Below are positions 51,101 to 61,587 of a stretch of DNA of 64,000 bases, piece by piece. Source of the stretch: an uncultured Acidobacteriota bacterium (GTDB lineage: Bacteria > Acidobacteriota > Vicinamibacteria > Vicinamibacterales > CAVVIG01). Location: NCBI GenBank assembly GCA_963837345.1, contig CAWIMX010000001.1, forward strand, positions 2,172,419 to 2,236,418, read 5' to 3'. The notes beneath the pieces are model-generated. The model worked only from the letters and a program-made list of their open reading frames with translations. It did not search any database and was not told the DNA's origin. The first letter of the stretch is position 1; every line of letters starts with the position of its first letter. Position numbers and translations under genes: made by a program.

Positions 51101-52302
51101 GTCATTTCGCGATGCCGGCGGCGCTCGACGCCATCAACGGCACCGTGTATTTCGACGAGCGCGGGCTGCGGCTCGACGACGTGTCGGCGACGCTCGGCGG
51201 AGGCAGCATCCAGTTCGGCGGGCGGATCGGGTTCGACGGTTATCGGCCGAGCGATCTCAACGTGACGGTGCGCGGCGCGGGGGTCCGCCTGCGCTATCCC
51301 GAAGGGGTGCGGTCGGATATCGACGGCGACCTCGTGCTGCGCGGGCCGTTCGCCGCGCCGGTGCTCAGCGGCACGGTGACCGTTCAGAGCGCCGAGTGGA
51401 CCCGGCCGCTCGAGACCCCCGGCAGCATCTTCGACCTCGTGGGCAACCGCGACGAGAGCGGTGCGCCGATCGAGCCGGCGCCGTCGCCCCTGGCGCCGTT
51501 GCGCTACGACCTGCGGATCGTCGTGCCCTCGACGCTGCGCGTGAACAACAATCTGGTGCGCCTCGTCGCGAGCGCGGACCTGACGCTCGGCGGCACCTAC
51601 GAGCGCCCGGTGCTGTTCGGCCGTGCCGACATCGATCGGGGCGAGCTGACCTTCGAAGGCCGGCGGTACCGCGTGACGCACGGCTCGATCGACTTCACCA
51701 ACCCCACGCGAATCGAGCCGTTCTTCGACGTCGAAGCCGAGACGAATGTGCGCGTGCCGGGCCAGACCTACCTGGTGACGGTCGGTGCGGTCGGCACGCA
51801 GAACCAGCTGCAGCTGCCGCTGCGCTCCGATCCGCCGCTGCCGGAAACCGAGGTGCTTGCGCTGCTGTTGAGCGATTCACGTCGGAACCAGGCGCAGGGC
51901 CCCGGCGACGTGGAGCTCCGCGCGCTCCAGAACCCCAACCAGGTCGAAACCGATATCCTGGCGACGCGCGCCACGCAGGCGCTGACCGGATCGATCTCGG
52001 CGGAGGTGGGCAAAGTGGTCGAGCAGACCTTCGGCGTCGACACGTTCCAGCTCACGCCCTCGTTCACCGACCCCTACACGCAGACGTCGCGTCTGAATCC
52101 GACGGCCCGGGTCACCATCGGGAAGCGCATCTCCGACCGCGTCTATCTCACGTTCTCCCGCAGCCTCGGCCTGGCCTCCTCGATCAACGACCAGATCATC
52201 CTGCTCGAGTACGATCAGAGCGATCGATGGTCGTGGATTCTGTCGCGCAACGAAGACCAGCAGACCTACGCGCTCGAATTCCGCGTGAGGCACACATTCT
52301 GA
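48190..52302 (+). CDS. tamB: TamB-like translocation and assembly module protein (AsmA-like, DUF490 C-terminus)
   Basis: N-terminal TM anchor, a very long beta-rich body, and a C-terminal ...GKRISDRVYLTFSRSLG...LEYDQSDRWSW...YALEFRVRHTF. Confidence 0.85.
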   Translation: MNVLNWLRRHPVVRYLSLAVSIAAVILAVSVVSSMTIDLGPAVRRNAEDQASKYLDRRVQIGGLHIRLLGAMLGGRVEVDDLEIAGLHDGDRPFFTAQRITVALDWRTLVRREILISTVEIADWQMLVEQWDGEQSFPRFVRGGSSGRRPVTTTLKSLRAHDGQFSYEDHQSPWGVVARNIDLTIGNLPQYHGTARFTGGTVSIQDFEPMWANFDAQFVIDGSHIRLGRINLETDGATSVVAGDVDMSRWPEQTYQVKSHVDFPRMRELFFAGESFDLAGAGDFTGIFHLFKGGHDLSGTFVSPRLGVKAGTLTYGFPALYGRLQWNNDGFHVWDAGSDFFHGSTTLTYAIESQEEGEPSRSTFHATYEGVDLASLSDFETLPGLRVAGAASGQFDMVWPIGHFSERTGGGSLAVTPPAGVQPMTDSLAGARVADADRTRHEWGPFLPPPLAAHVPVASEIVFRFGPDGLDIGPSRFATERTHVSFEGATAWGPDTRIVFHATSRDWQESDEVLAGILTDFGARTGAVAFGGRGEFSGEMTGEFNRPHVEGEFTGEDLRAFDTWWGDGSAHVVVENSYVTVENGIVRSGESVIRTDGLFSLGYPRQDGGDEIDARFRVTRRDLDSLRHAFEIDAYPVTGFLSGEFHLTGEYERPIGFGSLSIDDGTAWGEPFPHAEASLRFDGTGVRLDGATIDKSTGLVTGAAYIGWDSSYSFNAAGRRIPLDQIALLSYPAAPLTGIGNFSASGTGTFDAPAYDVRFDVADLFIGEEGIGQVVGTLLLRDREVSGEIEAASPRVAITGTGRIALTPQLDAEMTFRFHDSSLDPYVRLFVPELSPYTTAVATGGVRIAGELADIDHLLVDATVDTLDMRLFDYELRNAEPIRLALDRNRVEVQNLQLVGVDTRLRVSGQIGIADDRIALRTAGDANLGILQAFFDNVRGSGRAELTAAIDGPLRNPVFSGSATLSDGRIRHFAMPAALDAINGTVYFDERGLRLDDVSATLGGGSIQFGGRIGFDGYRPSDLNVTVRGAGVRLRYPEGVRSDIDGDLVLRGPFAAPVLSGTVTVQSAEWTRPLETPGSIFDLVGNRDESGAPIEPAPSPLAPLRYDLRIVVPSTLRVNNNLVRLVASADLTLGGTYERPVLFGRADIDRGELTFEGRRYRVTHGSIDFTNPTRIEPFFDVEAETNVRVPGQTYLVTVGAVGTQNQLQLPLRSDPPLPETEVLALLLSDSRRNQAQGPGDVELRALQNPNQVETDILATRATQALTGSISAEVGKVVEQTFGVDTFQLTPSFTDPYTQTSRLNPTARVTIGKRISDRVYLTFSRSLGLASSINDQIILLEYDQSDRWSWILSRNEDQQTYALEFRVRHTF

Positions 52303-55214
52303 TGCGCGCCGGGCGGGTGCTCGCCGCCCTGCTGGCGCTCGCCGGCGCAAGGCCCACGCTGGCGCGCGCGGACGTCGGCGACTACCTCAACAAGACCGTC
52401 CTCTCGGTGCGCGTTCTGGTCGAGGGACGGGAGACCGCCGACCCCGAAGTGACCGGCGTCGTCCAGACGACCGTCGGGCGGCCGCTCGCCATGGCCGACA
52501 TCCGCGAGACGATCGGGCACCTCTTCAGCCTGCGGCGATTCGAGGATGTCCGCGTCGACGCCTCGCCCGAGGGGGACGGGGTGGCCCTTCGCTACGAGCT
52601 CAGCCCGGTGCACCCGGTCACCCGCATCGAGTTCTCCGGCCCCGTCAACCGCCCGGGCATCGACACCGACGCGCTGCGGCGGGCCGTGGTCGATCGCTAC
52701 GGGCGATCGCCATCGCTCGGCCGGATGGCCGACCTGGCAGGCGTCGTGGACGACGCCCTCGCCGCACGGGGGTACCTGCGGGCCTCGGTGGAACCGCGCG
52801 CCGACATCCGCCACGACCCGGATCGTGCGACGCTCGTCTTCGTCGTCGATCCCGGCACGAGGACGTCGATCGGGTCGATCACGATCGACGGCACACCCGG
52901 CATCCGGCGCGAGGATCTGCTCGACGAGCTGGATCTGGCGGAGGGCGAGCCCTATCAGCGGGACGATCTCGAAGCCGGCATCGAACGGTACCTGGACGGC
53001 CGCCGTCGGCTCGGCTTCTATCTGGCTACGCTCGCCCCCTCGGTGCAGCTCGCCGACGACGATCGGGTGGCGAACGTCACGCTCGTCGTCGATACCGGCC
53101 CGCATGTGCGGGTCACGTTCGCGGGCGATCCGCTGCCGGCGGGCCGCCAGGCGGATCTCGTCCCTGTGGAGCGAGAAGGGTCGGCCGACGAGGATCTGCT
53201 GGAGGATTCCGGACTGCGAATCCAGGCCTACCTGCGGGCGCAGGGCTACCGGGATGCGACGGCGCCGTTCACGCGACGGGAGGCCGAGGGCGAACTGGTC
53301 ATCACGTTCACCGTGACGCGCGGGCCGCTGTATCGGGTCAGCACGATGGCGGTCGACGGCAATGCGTCGCTCCCCCTCGAAACGCTGATGCCGGTGCTGC
53401 GGACGCGCGTCGGCGGCCCCTTTTCGGAGGCGGCGCTCGACGCCGACGCGAGCGCCCTGGAGGCGCTGTATCGCCGCCGGGGCTTCGTGGCGGCGAGCGT
53501 CGCGTCGGACGCCGATCCGGTTCCGGGCGGCTCGTCGGCCGGACAGGTGGAGATGGCCGTCCACCTGACGGTGACCGAGGGCGCGCGGACCGTGGTGCGA
53601 AGCGTCGCGTTCACGGGCAACACTTCGGTCGAGGCCTCGGCCCTCCGAGCCGACGTCGGCCTCGCGATGGGCGCACCCTTCGTCGCCGCGCAGCTGGCCG
53701 CCGATCGGGACGCCGTGGCCACGCGCTACGCCGACCTCGGCTATCCGAACGCCACGGTGTCGGCGGCGCCGCGGTTCAGCGACGACCGGACCGGCGCCGA
53801 TATCCTGTTCACGATCGACGAGGGGCCGCGCGTCGTCGTGGACCATGTGCTCATCGTGGGCAACACGCGGACGAGCGCGGCCACGATCGAACGCGAACTC
53901 CAGCTGCGTACGGGCGATCCGCTGGGACGCGCGGCGCTCGTCGAGAGCCGGCGGCGGCTCGCGGCCCTCGGGCTGTTCCGGCGCGTCCAGATCGAGCCGG
54001 TGAGCCACGGGAACGAGAACCGGAGCGACCTGATCGTGACGGTCGAGGAAGGCCCGGCGACGACGATCGGCTACGGCGCGGGCGTCGAAGGGCGGCTGCG
54101 GGTCGTTCGGCGCCAGGAAGCCGGCGGCGTGGCCAGCGAACGGTTCGAGGTGGCGCCGCGCGCCTCGTTCGAGATCTCTCGACGGAATCTGTTCGGGAGA
54201 AACCAGTCGGTGAGCTTCGCCACCGGCTTGAGCCTTCATCCGAAGGATTCGCCGTTCTTCGCCGACCAGCCGCAGCCGCCCTCGAGCGGCGGCTTCGGGT
54301 TCGCCGAATATCGGGTCCTCGGCACCTATCGCGTCCCCAGGCTCGCGGGCACGGAGGCCGACCTCTCGGCGACGGGCACCATCGAGCAGCAGATCCGTTC
54401 GAGCTTCAACTACGCCCGGCGGGGGGTCGGGGCCACGCTGACGCGTCGCGTCGCCCCGACGGTCCTGGCGAGCGGCAACTACCAGCTCCAGCGCACCCGC
54501 GTGTTCGACCAGAGCGTCGATCCTCAGGACCAGAACCTGCTCGACCGGGTCTTCAGCAGGTACCGCCTGTCGTCGGTTTCGCTGACGCTGATCCACGACA
54601 CGCGCGACGACACGCTGAATCCCGCCACGGGCGGGTTGACGACCGCCGACGTCCAGCTCGCGGCGCTCAGCCTCGGTTCGGAGGCCGGATTCACCAAGAT
54701 CTCGCTGATCGGCCAGATCTTCCGCCCCGTGCCCCACGCGCGCGGCACGATCTTCGCGGGTCGCGCCTGGCTGGGCCTCGGCTTTCCGCGCCAGGTGATC
54801 CAGAGCCTCGATGACGGCACGCGGGTGAAGGCCGACGTCCCGGTCCTGCCCGAGAGCGAACGGTTTTTTGCCGGCGGCGGCAACAGCGTGCGCGGATTCG
54901 CGCTCGACCGGCTGGGCACCCCCGAAACGATTCCCAATGGCTTTCCGATCGGCGGCGACGGCCTCGTGATCTTCAATGGCGAGATGCGCGTGCCGGTATG
55001 GGGCGGGCTCGGCGTGGTCGGATTCTTCGATTCGGGCAACGTGTTCCAGCACGCGGGCGACATCGACCTCGGATCGCTCCGGAGCTCGGTCGGTTTCGGC
55101 ATCAGGTTCGGATCGCCGTTCGGACCGATCCGCGCGGATCTCGGCGTGAAGGTGAACCGCCGCGAGGGAGAAGGCCTGACGGCATTTCATCTGAGCTTCG
55201 GGCAGGCGTTCTAG
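52302..55214 (+). CDS. bamA: Omp85-family outer membrane protein assembly factor (BamA/TamA type)
   Basis: Signal peptide, multiple POTRA-like repeats and a C-terminal barrel (FFAGGGNSVRGF, ...SFGQAF terminal Phe). The ATG overlaps the tamB stop (TGATG). Confidence 0.88.
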   Translation: MRAGRVLAALLALAGARPTLARADVGDYLNKTVLSVRVLVEGRETADPEVTGVVQTTVGRPLAMADIRETIGHLFSLRRFEDVRVDASPEGDGVALRYELSPVHPVTRIEFSGPVNRPGIDTDALRRAVVDRYGRSPSLGRMADLAGVVDDALAARGYLRASVEPRADIRHDPDRATLVFVVDPGTRTSIGSITIDGTPGIRREDLLDELDLAEGEPYQRDDLEAGIERYLDGRRRLGFYLATLAPSVQLADDDRVANVTLVVDTGPHVRVTFAGDPLPAGRQADLVPVEREGSADEDLLEDSGLRIQAYLRAQGYRDATAPFTRREAEGELVITFTVTRGPLYRVSTMAVDGNASLPLETLMPVLRTRVGGPFSEAALDADASALEALYRRRGFVAASVASDADPVPGGSSAGQVEMAVHLTVTEGARTVVRSVAFTGNTSVEASALRADVGLAMGAPFVAAQLAADRDAVATRYADLGYPNATVSAAPRFSDDRTGADILFTIDEGPRVVVDHVLIVGNTRTSAATIERELQLRTGDPLGRAALVESRRRLAALGLFRRVQIEPVSHGNENRSDLIVTVEEGPATTIGYGAGVEGRLRVVRRQEAGGVASERFEVAPRASFEISRRNLFGRNQSVSFATGLSLHPKDSPFFADQPQPPSSGGFGFAEYRVLGTYRVPRLAGTEADLSATGTIEQQIRSSFNYARRGVGATLTRRVAPTVLASGNYQLQRTRVFDQSVDPQDQNLLDRVFSRYRLSSVSLTLIHDTRDDTLNPATGGLTTADVQLAALSLGSEAGFTKISLIGQIFRPVPHARGTIFAGRAWLGLGFPRQVIQSLDDGTRVKADVPVLPESERFFAGGGNSVRGFALDRLGTPETIPNGFPIGGDGLVIFNGEMRVPVWGGLGVVGFFDSGNVFQHAGDIDLGSLRSSVGFGIRFGSPFGPIRADLGVKVNRREGEGLTAFHLSFGQAF

Positions 55215-55892
55215 ATGTCGCGCGCGTCGGGCAGGTCAGGCGGGTTGATGAGACGACAGCCGTGGTGCGTGTGCGGGGTGATGGCCGTCTGCTTGCTGGC
55301 AGCCATCAGCTCGTCGCTTCGAGCCGAGGTCATCGATCGCATCCTGGCCATCGTCTCGGGCCGGGTCATCACGTTGAGCGACGTGCGTGCGGCCAGCGAG
55401 CTGGGCCTGGTGTCGAGCGGCAGCCAGGCCGATCCGGTGGGCGCCGTGCTCGCGGGGCTGATCGATCGGGATCTGATGCTCAGCGAGGTGGAGCGATTCG
55501 TGCCACCCGAACCGACGGCCGACGCGATCGACGACCGGCTGCGCGCCGTCCGCGCCCGGTTTCCGACGCCGGATGCCTACGAGGCCGTGCTCGCGCGATC
55601 AGGCATCGGGGAGCCGCAGCTGCGGGACACGCTCCGCCAGAATCTGCTGATTCAGGAATACCTGGACCTGCGGTTCACGGTACCGCCTCCGACCGACGAC
55701 GAAGTCGCGCGGTACTATCAGGCGCACCCCGAGGCCTTCTCGGTCGGTGGGCGGCTGCCGCCTCTCGACGCCATCCGCGCCCGGGTCGTCGATGTGATGA
55801 ACGACGCGCGCCGGCTGACGCTCGTCGACGACTGGGTAGCCGGCCTCCGAAGCCGGGCGGACATCGTGAACCTGTACGCCACGCGCCCCTGA
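55215..55892 (+). CDS. SurA-N-terminal-domain-like periplasmic chaperone
   Basis: Signal-like segment, then EVIDRILAIVSGRVITLSDV... and helical repeats, as in the SurA/PpiD N-domains. No PPIase domain. The start is uncertain (55215 or 55248). Confidence 0.55.
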   Translation: MSRASGRSGGLMRRQPWCVCGVMAVCLLAAISSSLRAEVIDRILAIVSGRVITLSDVRAASELGLVSSGSQADPVGAVLAGLIDRDLMLSEVERFVPPEPTADAIDDRLRAVRARFPTPDAYEAVLARSGIGEPQLRDTLRQNLLIQEYLDLRFTVPPPTDDEVARYYQAHPEAFSVGGRLPPLDAIRARVVDVMNDARRLTLVDDWVAGLRSRADIVNLYATRP

Positions 55893-55918
55893 ACGCGAAT
55901 CGACCTGGGTGAGCCCGG

Positions 55919-56701
55919 CTACCGTCCGACCGCCAGGAACTGAACGATTTCGAGCAGGTTGAAGCCGGCGTGGCTCACCATGGGCGCCACGACCGATCGC
56001 CGTTTCAGATATACGACCCCCCACACGAATCCGAGCGCGGCAGTGGCCACCGCGGCGTCGAGGCCCTGGAGCGCATGCCCGGCGCCGAAGGCGAGGCTCG
56101 TCACCACGAGGCCGACGGCGCCGCCGCCCAGCCAGCGCTCGAAGCGGTGCAGCAGAAACGCGCGCTGCAGTTCTTCGCGGACGCCACCGGCCACCACCAC
56201 GACCGAGGCGAACAGCCAGGCGTCGCGAGGCGTCCGGATCAGCGCCTGAAGCGGGTTCGCCTCGACGGTATGCAGCCAGGGAGCGAACTGCTGAACGAGG
56301 ACGAGTACCGCGAACGCGATGCCGAGCGCGACGGGCACCAGCATGAGGCCCGTGGCCGCCTCGCGCCCCGCGGGCCTGGATCCAAAGAAGATGCGCGTCG
56401 GGCGCTCGCCGTGGGCGATCAGCAGCACCAGGATGAGCCCGATGAGCAGCACCGTGTCGGCAAACGACAGCCACATGACGTAGCCGAGCGTGAGGACCCC
56501 GCCGGTCGCCGTCGGTCCGATCCCGACGATCGCGAAGACGCCGCCGAGCAGCAGCTGGGTCGGATAGTCGGAGCAGAGGAGCACCTCGACGAAGGCGACC
56601 AGCCGCTCGGGGGCGGACGGTGCGGGAGGCACCGCGACGGCAGGCTCGGGGAACACCGTGGGGGGCGTCGTACGGTCGGGCTCGCGCGGAGGGAGCGGCA
56701 C
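55919..56701 (-). CDS. CPBP (CAAX/Abi) family intramembrane metalloprotease
   Basis: GVREELQRAF, FGAGH and HAGFN motifs in a polytopic membrane protein. GTG start at 56701. Confidence 0.85.
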   Translation of the reverse strand: MPLPPREPDRTTPPTVFPEPAVAVPPAPSAPERLVAFVEVLLCSDYPTQLLLGGVFAIVGIGPTATGGVLTLGYVMWLSFADTVLLIGLILVLLIAHGERPTRIFFGSRPAGREAATGLMLVPVALGIAFAVLVLVQQFAPWLHTVEANPLQALIRTPRDAWLFASVVVVAGGVREELQRAFLLHRFERWLGGGAVGLVVTSLAFGAGHALQGLDAAVATAALGFVWGVVYLKRRSVVAPMVSHAGFNLLEIVQFLAVGR

Positions 56702-56753
56702 GGATCTTCGGTCATTCTAATCGTTCGCGATGCGATGCTTTGACCTACAAGAA

Positions 56754-56801
56754 TGTCAATATCTTGCGACTGACCTAAAAGAGAGGCACAATATCTAGTG
56801 T
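56754..56801 (+). promoter_or_regulatory. Tandem NrdR boxes upstream of nrdJ
   Basis: TGTCAATATCTTGCGA (56754-56769) and GCACAATATCTAGTGT (56786-56801), compared with the acaCwAtATaTwGtgt consensus. Box 2 matches 14/16. The boxes start 32 bp apart. Confidence 0.6.
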
Positions 56802-56809
56802 TTACACTC

Positions 56810-56838
56810 TTGACAAACCAGGGACCGAAGCTCATAGT
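56810..56838 (+). promoter_or_regulatory. Candidate sigma-70 promoter for nrdJ
   Basis: TTGACA-N17-CATAGT, immediately downstream of NrdR box 2. This would give a leader of roughly 155 nt. Confidence 0.35.
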
Positions 56839-57002
56839 GGTCGGCCGTAGCGAGACAGGCGAACGCGAGGGGCTCCCAGCTTTTCGCTCGGCACACGGAT
56901 GCGAATTGCCGTGAGTCCGGTCTGGCCGCGAGAGATTCCAACCTAGTTCAGAGACGGCTTCCGGGGCGGGAAGCGGTCTCCATCGGCGTGAGTGGAGGGG
57001 AC

Positions 57003-59858
<2,856 letters not shown>

Positions 59859-59960
59859 TGCGCGGACACAGAAGGGATTGGGGACTGGCGGGCCCTAATC
59901 CCTAATCCCCTCGCCCGGGTCCGTGCTACCCTTGGCCTTCGGCAGAGAACGGAGGTCCCT

Positions 59961-60416
59961 ATGGAACTGCTGCTTGGGTCCCACGTTCGCGAGCACGGCA
60001 ACCGCGTGGGACGACTGGCGGGTCTGGAGCTCGATCCGGCCACCTTGCGTATCCGTCGAATCCTCTACAGTCCGGACGGCGACGTCAGCCCAGGGGTCGA
60101 GGCGCGTCCGCTGGCGGCAGTTGCTCTCGTCCACGAGGACGGCGAGATCGAGTTGCGGCCGTTCGCCGACGCCGCGCCCGTACCCACCGCCAAGAGTGTG
60201 GCCCAGCTGACCCGGGCCACGCGGCTGAAGCGGGGCGGCCGGGAAGCTGGACGGCTCGCCGGCATCGACGTGGAGCCGGCCGAAGGGGTGGTGGGCTCGG
60301 TGTTCGTGCGAAACCACTGGTGGTCGCGGCGTGTCGGGCTGCCCGCCTCGGGTCTCGACTTTACGGTGTCCGGCGAGATTCGCAGCGGTTCGGGCGGCGG
60401 CAGCCGCGCCGCCTGA
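59961..60416 (+). CDS. Hypothetical protein, possibly two PRC-barrel-like repeats
   Basis: GGAGG lies 6 nt upstream of the ATG. LLGSHVREHGNRVGRLAGLELDP...IRRILY and RLKRGGREAGRLAGIDVEP...VGSVFV resemble PRC-barrel strands. Weak call. Confidence 0.4.
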   Translation: MELLLGSHVREHGNRVGRLAGLELDPATLRIRRILYSPDGDVSPGVEARPLAAVALVHEDGEIELRPFADAAPVPTAKSVAQLTRATRLKRGGREAGRLAGIDVEPAEGVVGSVFVRNHWWSRRVGLPASGLDFTVSGEIRSGSGGGSRAA

Positions 60417-60515
60417 TCCGCCGCGCCAACTATGAAATTCCCGGATGCGGGTTGCGGGGATTCGGCTCCGGGCGTAAAGTCGAACCCGGTCGATGTCTCT
60501 CAAGGAGCTAACGTG

Positions 60516-61094
60516 ATGAAGCGTGTGTTGTGTCTCGTATCCGGAACGCTGCTCGTGTCTGCAGCCCTGGCTCAGGCGCAGGGCGGCGGGCAGCTCGACC
60601 TCGCCGCCAGTCTGCAGCGGGCGTATAACGGCGTCAAAGGGAACCTGACGGCCGCGGCCGAAGAGATGCCGGAGGCGGACTATACCTTCAAGCCCGGCCC
60701 GGCGCCCGAGCTGCGCACGTTCGGCCAGCTCTTCGCTCACACCGCGCAGGTGCATTACGGCTATTGCTCGGCTCTCAAGGGCGTGGCCAATCCGATGCAG
60801 GGCAAGAACCTCGAGCAGGAGCTCAAGACGAAGGCCGAGTTCGTCAAGGCGCTGGCCGACTCGTTCGCGTTCTGCGACGATGCGATGTCGTCGCTGAGCG
60901 CCGCAAACCAGAACGAGTTCGTCACGCAGGGGCGCGGCCAGATCTCGAAGGGCGCGCTCGCCGCCAACGTCGTCATTCACGACAACGAGATGTACGGCAC
61001 GACGGCGGTCTACATGCGCGCGAAGGGCATGGTGCCACCCTCGACGGAGCGGATGCAGATGGGCCGCGGCGGTCGAGGGCGCGGGGGCCAGTAG
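60516..61094 (+). CDS. DinB-family (four-helix bundle) protein with signal peptide
   Basis: An AAGGAG RBS. MKRVLCLVSGTLLVSAALAQAQ. DinB-like spacing of His residues (FAHTAQVHYG ... VIHDNEMYG). RGG-rich C-terminal tail. Confidence 0.7.
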   Translation: MKRVLCLVSGTLLVSAALAQAQGGGQLDLAASLQRAYNGVKGNLTAAAEEMPEADYTFKPGPAPELRTFGQLFAHTAQVHYGYCSALKGVANPMQGKNLEQELKTKAEFVKALADSFAFCDDAMSSLSAANQNEFVTQGRGQISKGALAANVVIHDNEMYGTTAVYMRAKGMVPPSTERMQMGRGGRGRGGQ

Positions 61095-61112
61095 AACCGA
61101 TTCGCGATCGAA

Positions 61113-61141
61113 GGGCCGGGGTCTGCCCCGGCCTTTCTTTT
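61113..61141 (+). terminator. Rho-independent terminator after the DinB-family gene
   Basis: GGCCGGGG-TCTG-CCCCGGCC stem-loop followed by TTTCTTTT. Confidence 0.7.
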
Positions 61142-61150
61142 GCCCACAAC

Positions 61151-61187
61151 TACGAAGGTTTTCGTTGACTGTACGAAGAGACTCGTA
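61151..61187 (+). promoter_or_regulatory. Two dyads TACGA-N6-TCGT(A/T), candidate BlaI-type operators
   Basis: 61151-61166 and 61172-61187, with a 21-bp period. They overlap a TTGACT -35-like hexamer (61165-61170), just upstream of the blaI-like ATG at 61201. Confidence 0.4.
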
Positions 61188-61200
61188 TGACACTGTCGTC

Positions 61201-61587
61201 ATGGCGCCTGCTGTCCGCAAGCCCACCGATGCCGAGCTGGCGATTCTCTGTGTCCTGTGGGAACGCGGGCCGAGCACGGTGCGACAGGTGGTCGAGGCGC
61301 TCGGCCGCGGAACGGGCTACACGACCGCGCTGAAACTGCTGCAGATCATGACGGAGAAGCGGCTGGTGCGCCGCGACGAATCCGCGCGAACCCACGTCTA
61401 TGCGCCTGCGTATACGGAGGATCAGACGCAGCGCCAGCTCGTGACCGACCTGGCCGCCCGCGCGTTCCGGGGATCGGCTGGAAAGCTCGTCATGCAGGCG
61501 CTCGCCACCGGATCGGCATCGGCGGAGGATCTGGCCGAAATCCGGCGGCTGCTCGAAGACCATCAGAAGCGTGGAGGGTCCCGATGA
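61201..61587 (+). CDS. blaI: BlaI/MecI/CopY family transcriptional repressor
   Basis: PTDAELAILCVLWERGPSTVRQVVEAL...YTTALKLLQIMTEKRLVRRDE..R.HVY is a winged-helix Penicillinase_R pattern. Confidence 0.88.
   Translation: MAPAVRKPTDAELAILCVLWERGPSTVRQVVEALGRGTGYTTALKLLQIMTEKRLVRRDESARTHVYAPAYTEDQTQRQLVTDLAARAFRGSAGKLVMQALATGSASAEDLAEIRRLLEDHQKRGGSR

Noticed and set aside
56845-57002. Possible cobalamin riboswitch in the ~155-nt nrdJ leader. It has a B12-box-like GAGTCCGGTCTGGCC and a strong hairpin, GAGACGGCTTCC-GGGGCG-GGAAGCGGTCTC.
   Set aside because: I cannot find the conserved core elements (GGGAA...GGTG..AA..CC...CCCGC...CTGT, GCCACTG), and the B12-box match is short by two bases. A covariance-model scan (Rfam RF00174) would settle it, and a significant hit would reverse this rejection.
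59874-59909. Telomere-like CCCTAAT CCCTAAT CCCC repeat after nrdJ
   Set aside because: There are only two units, and they form the 3' arm of a hairpin with GGGATTGGGGA (10/11 complementary). This is most likely an nrdJ 3' stem-loop without a U-tract, not a repeat array.
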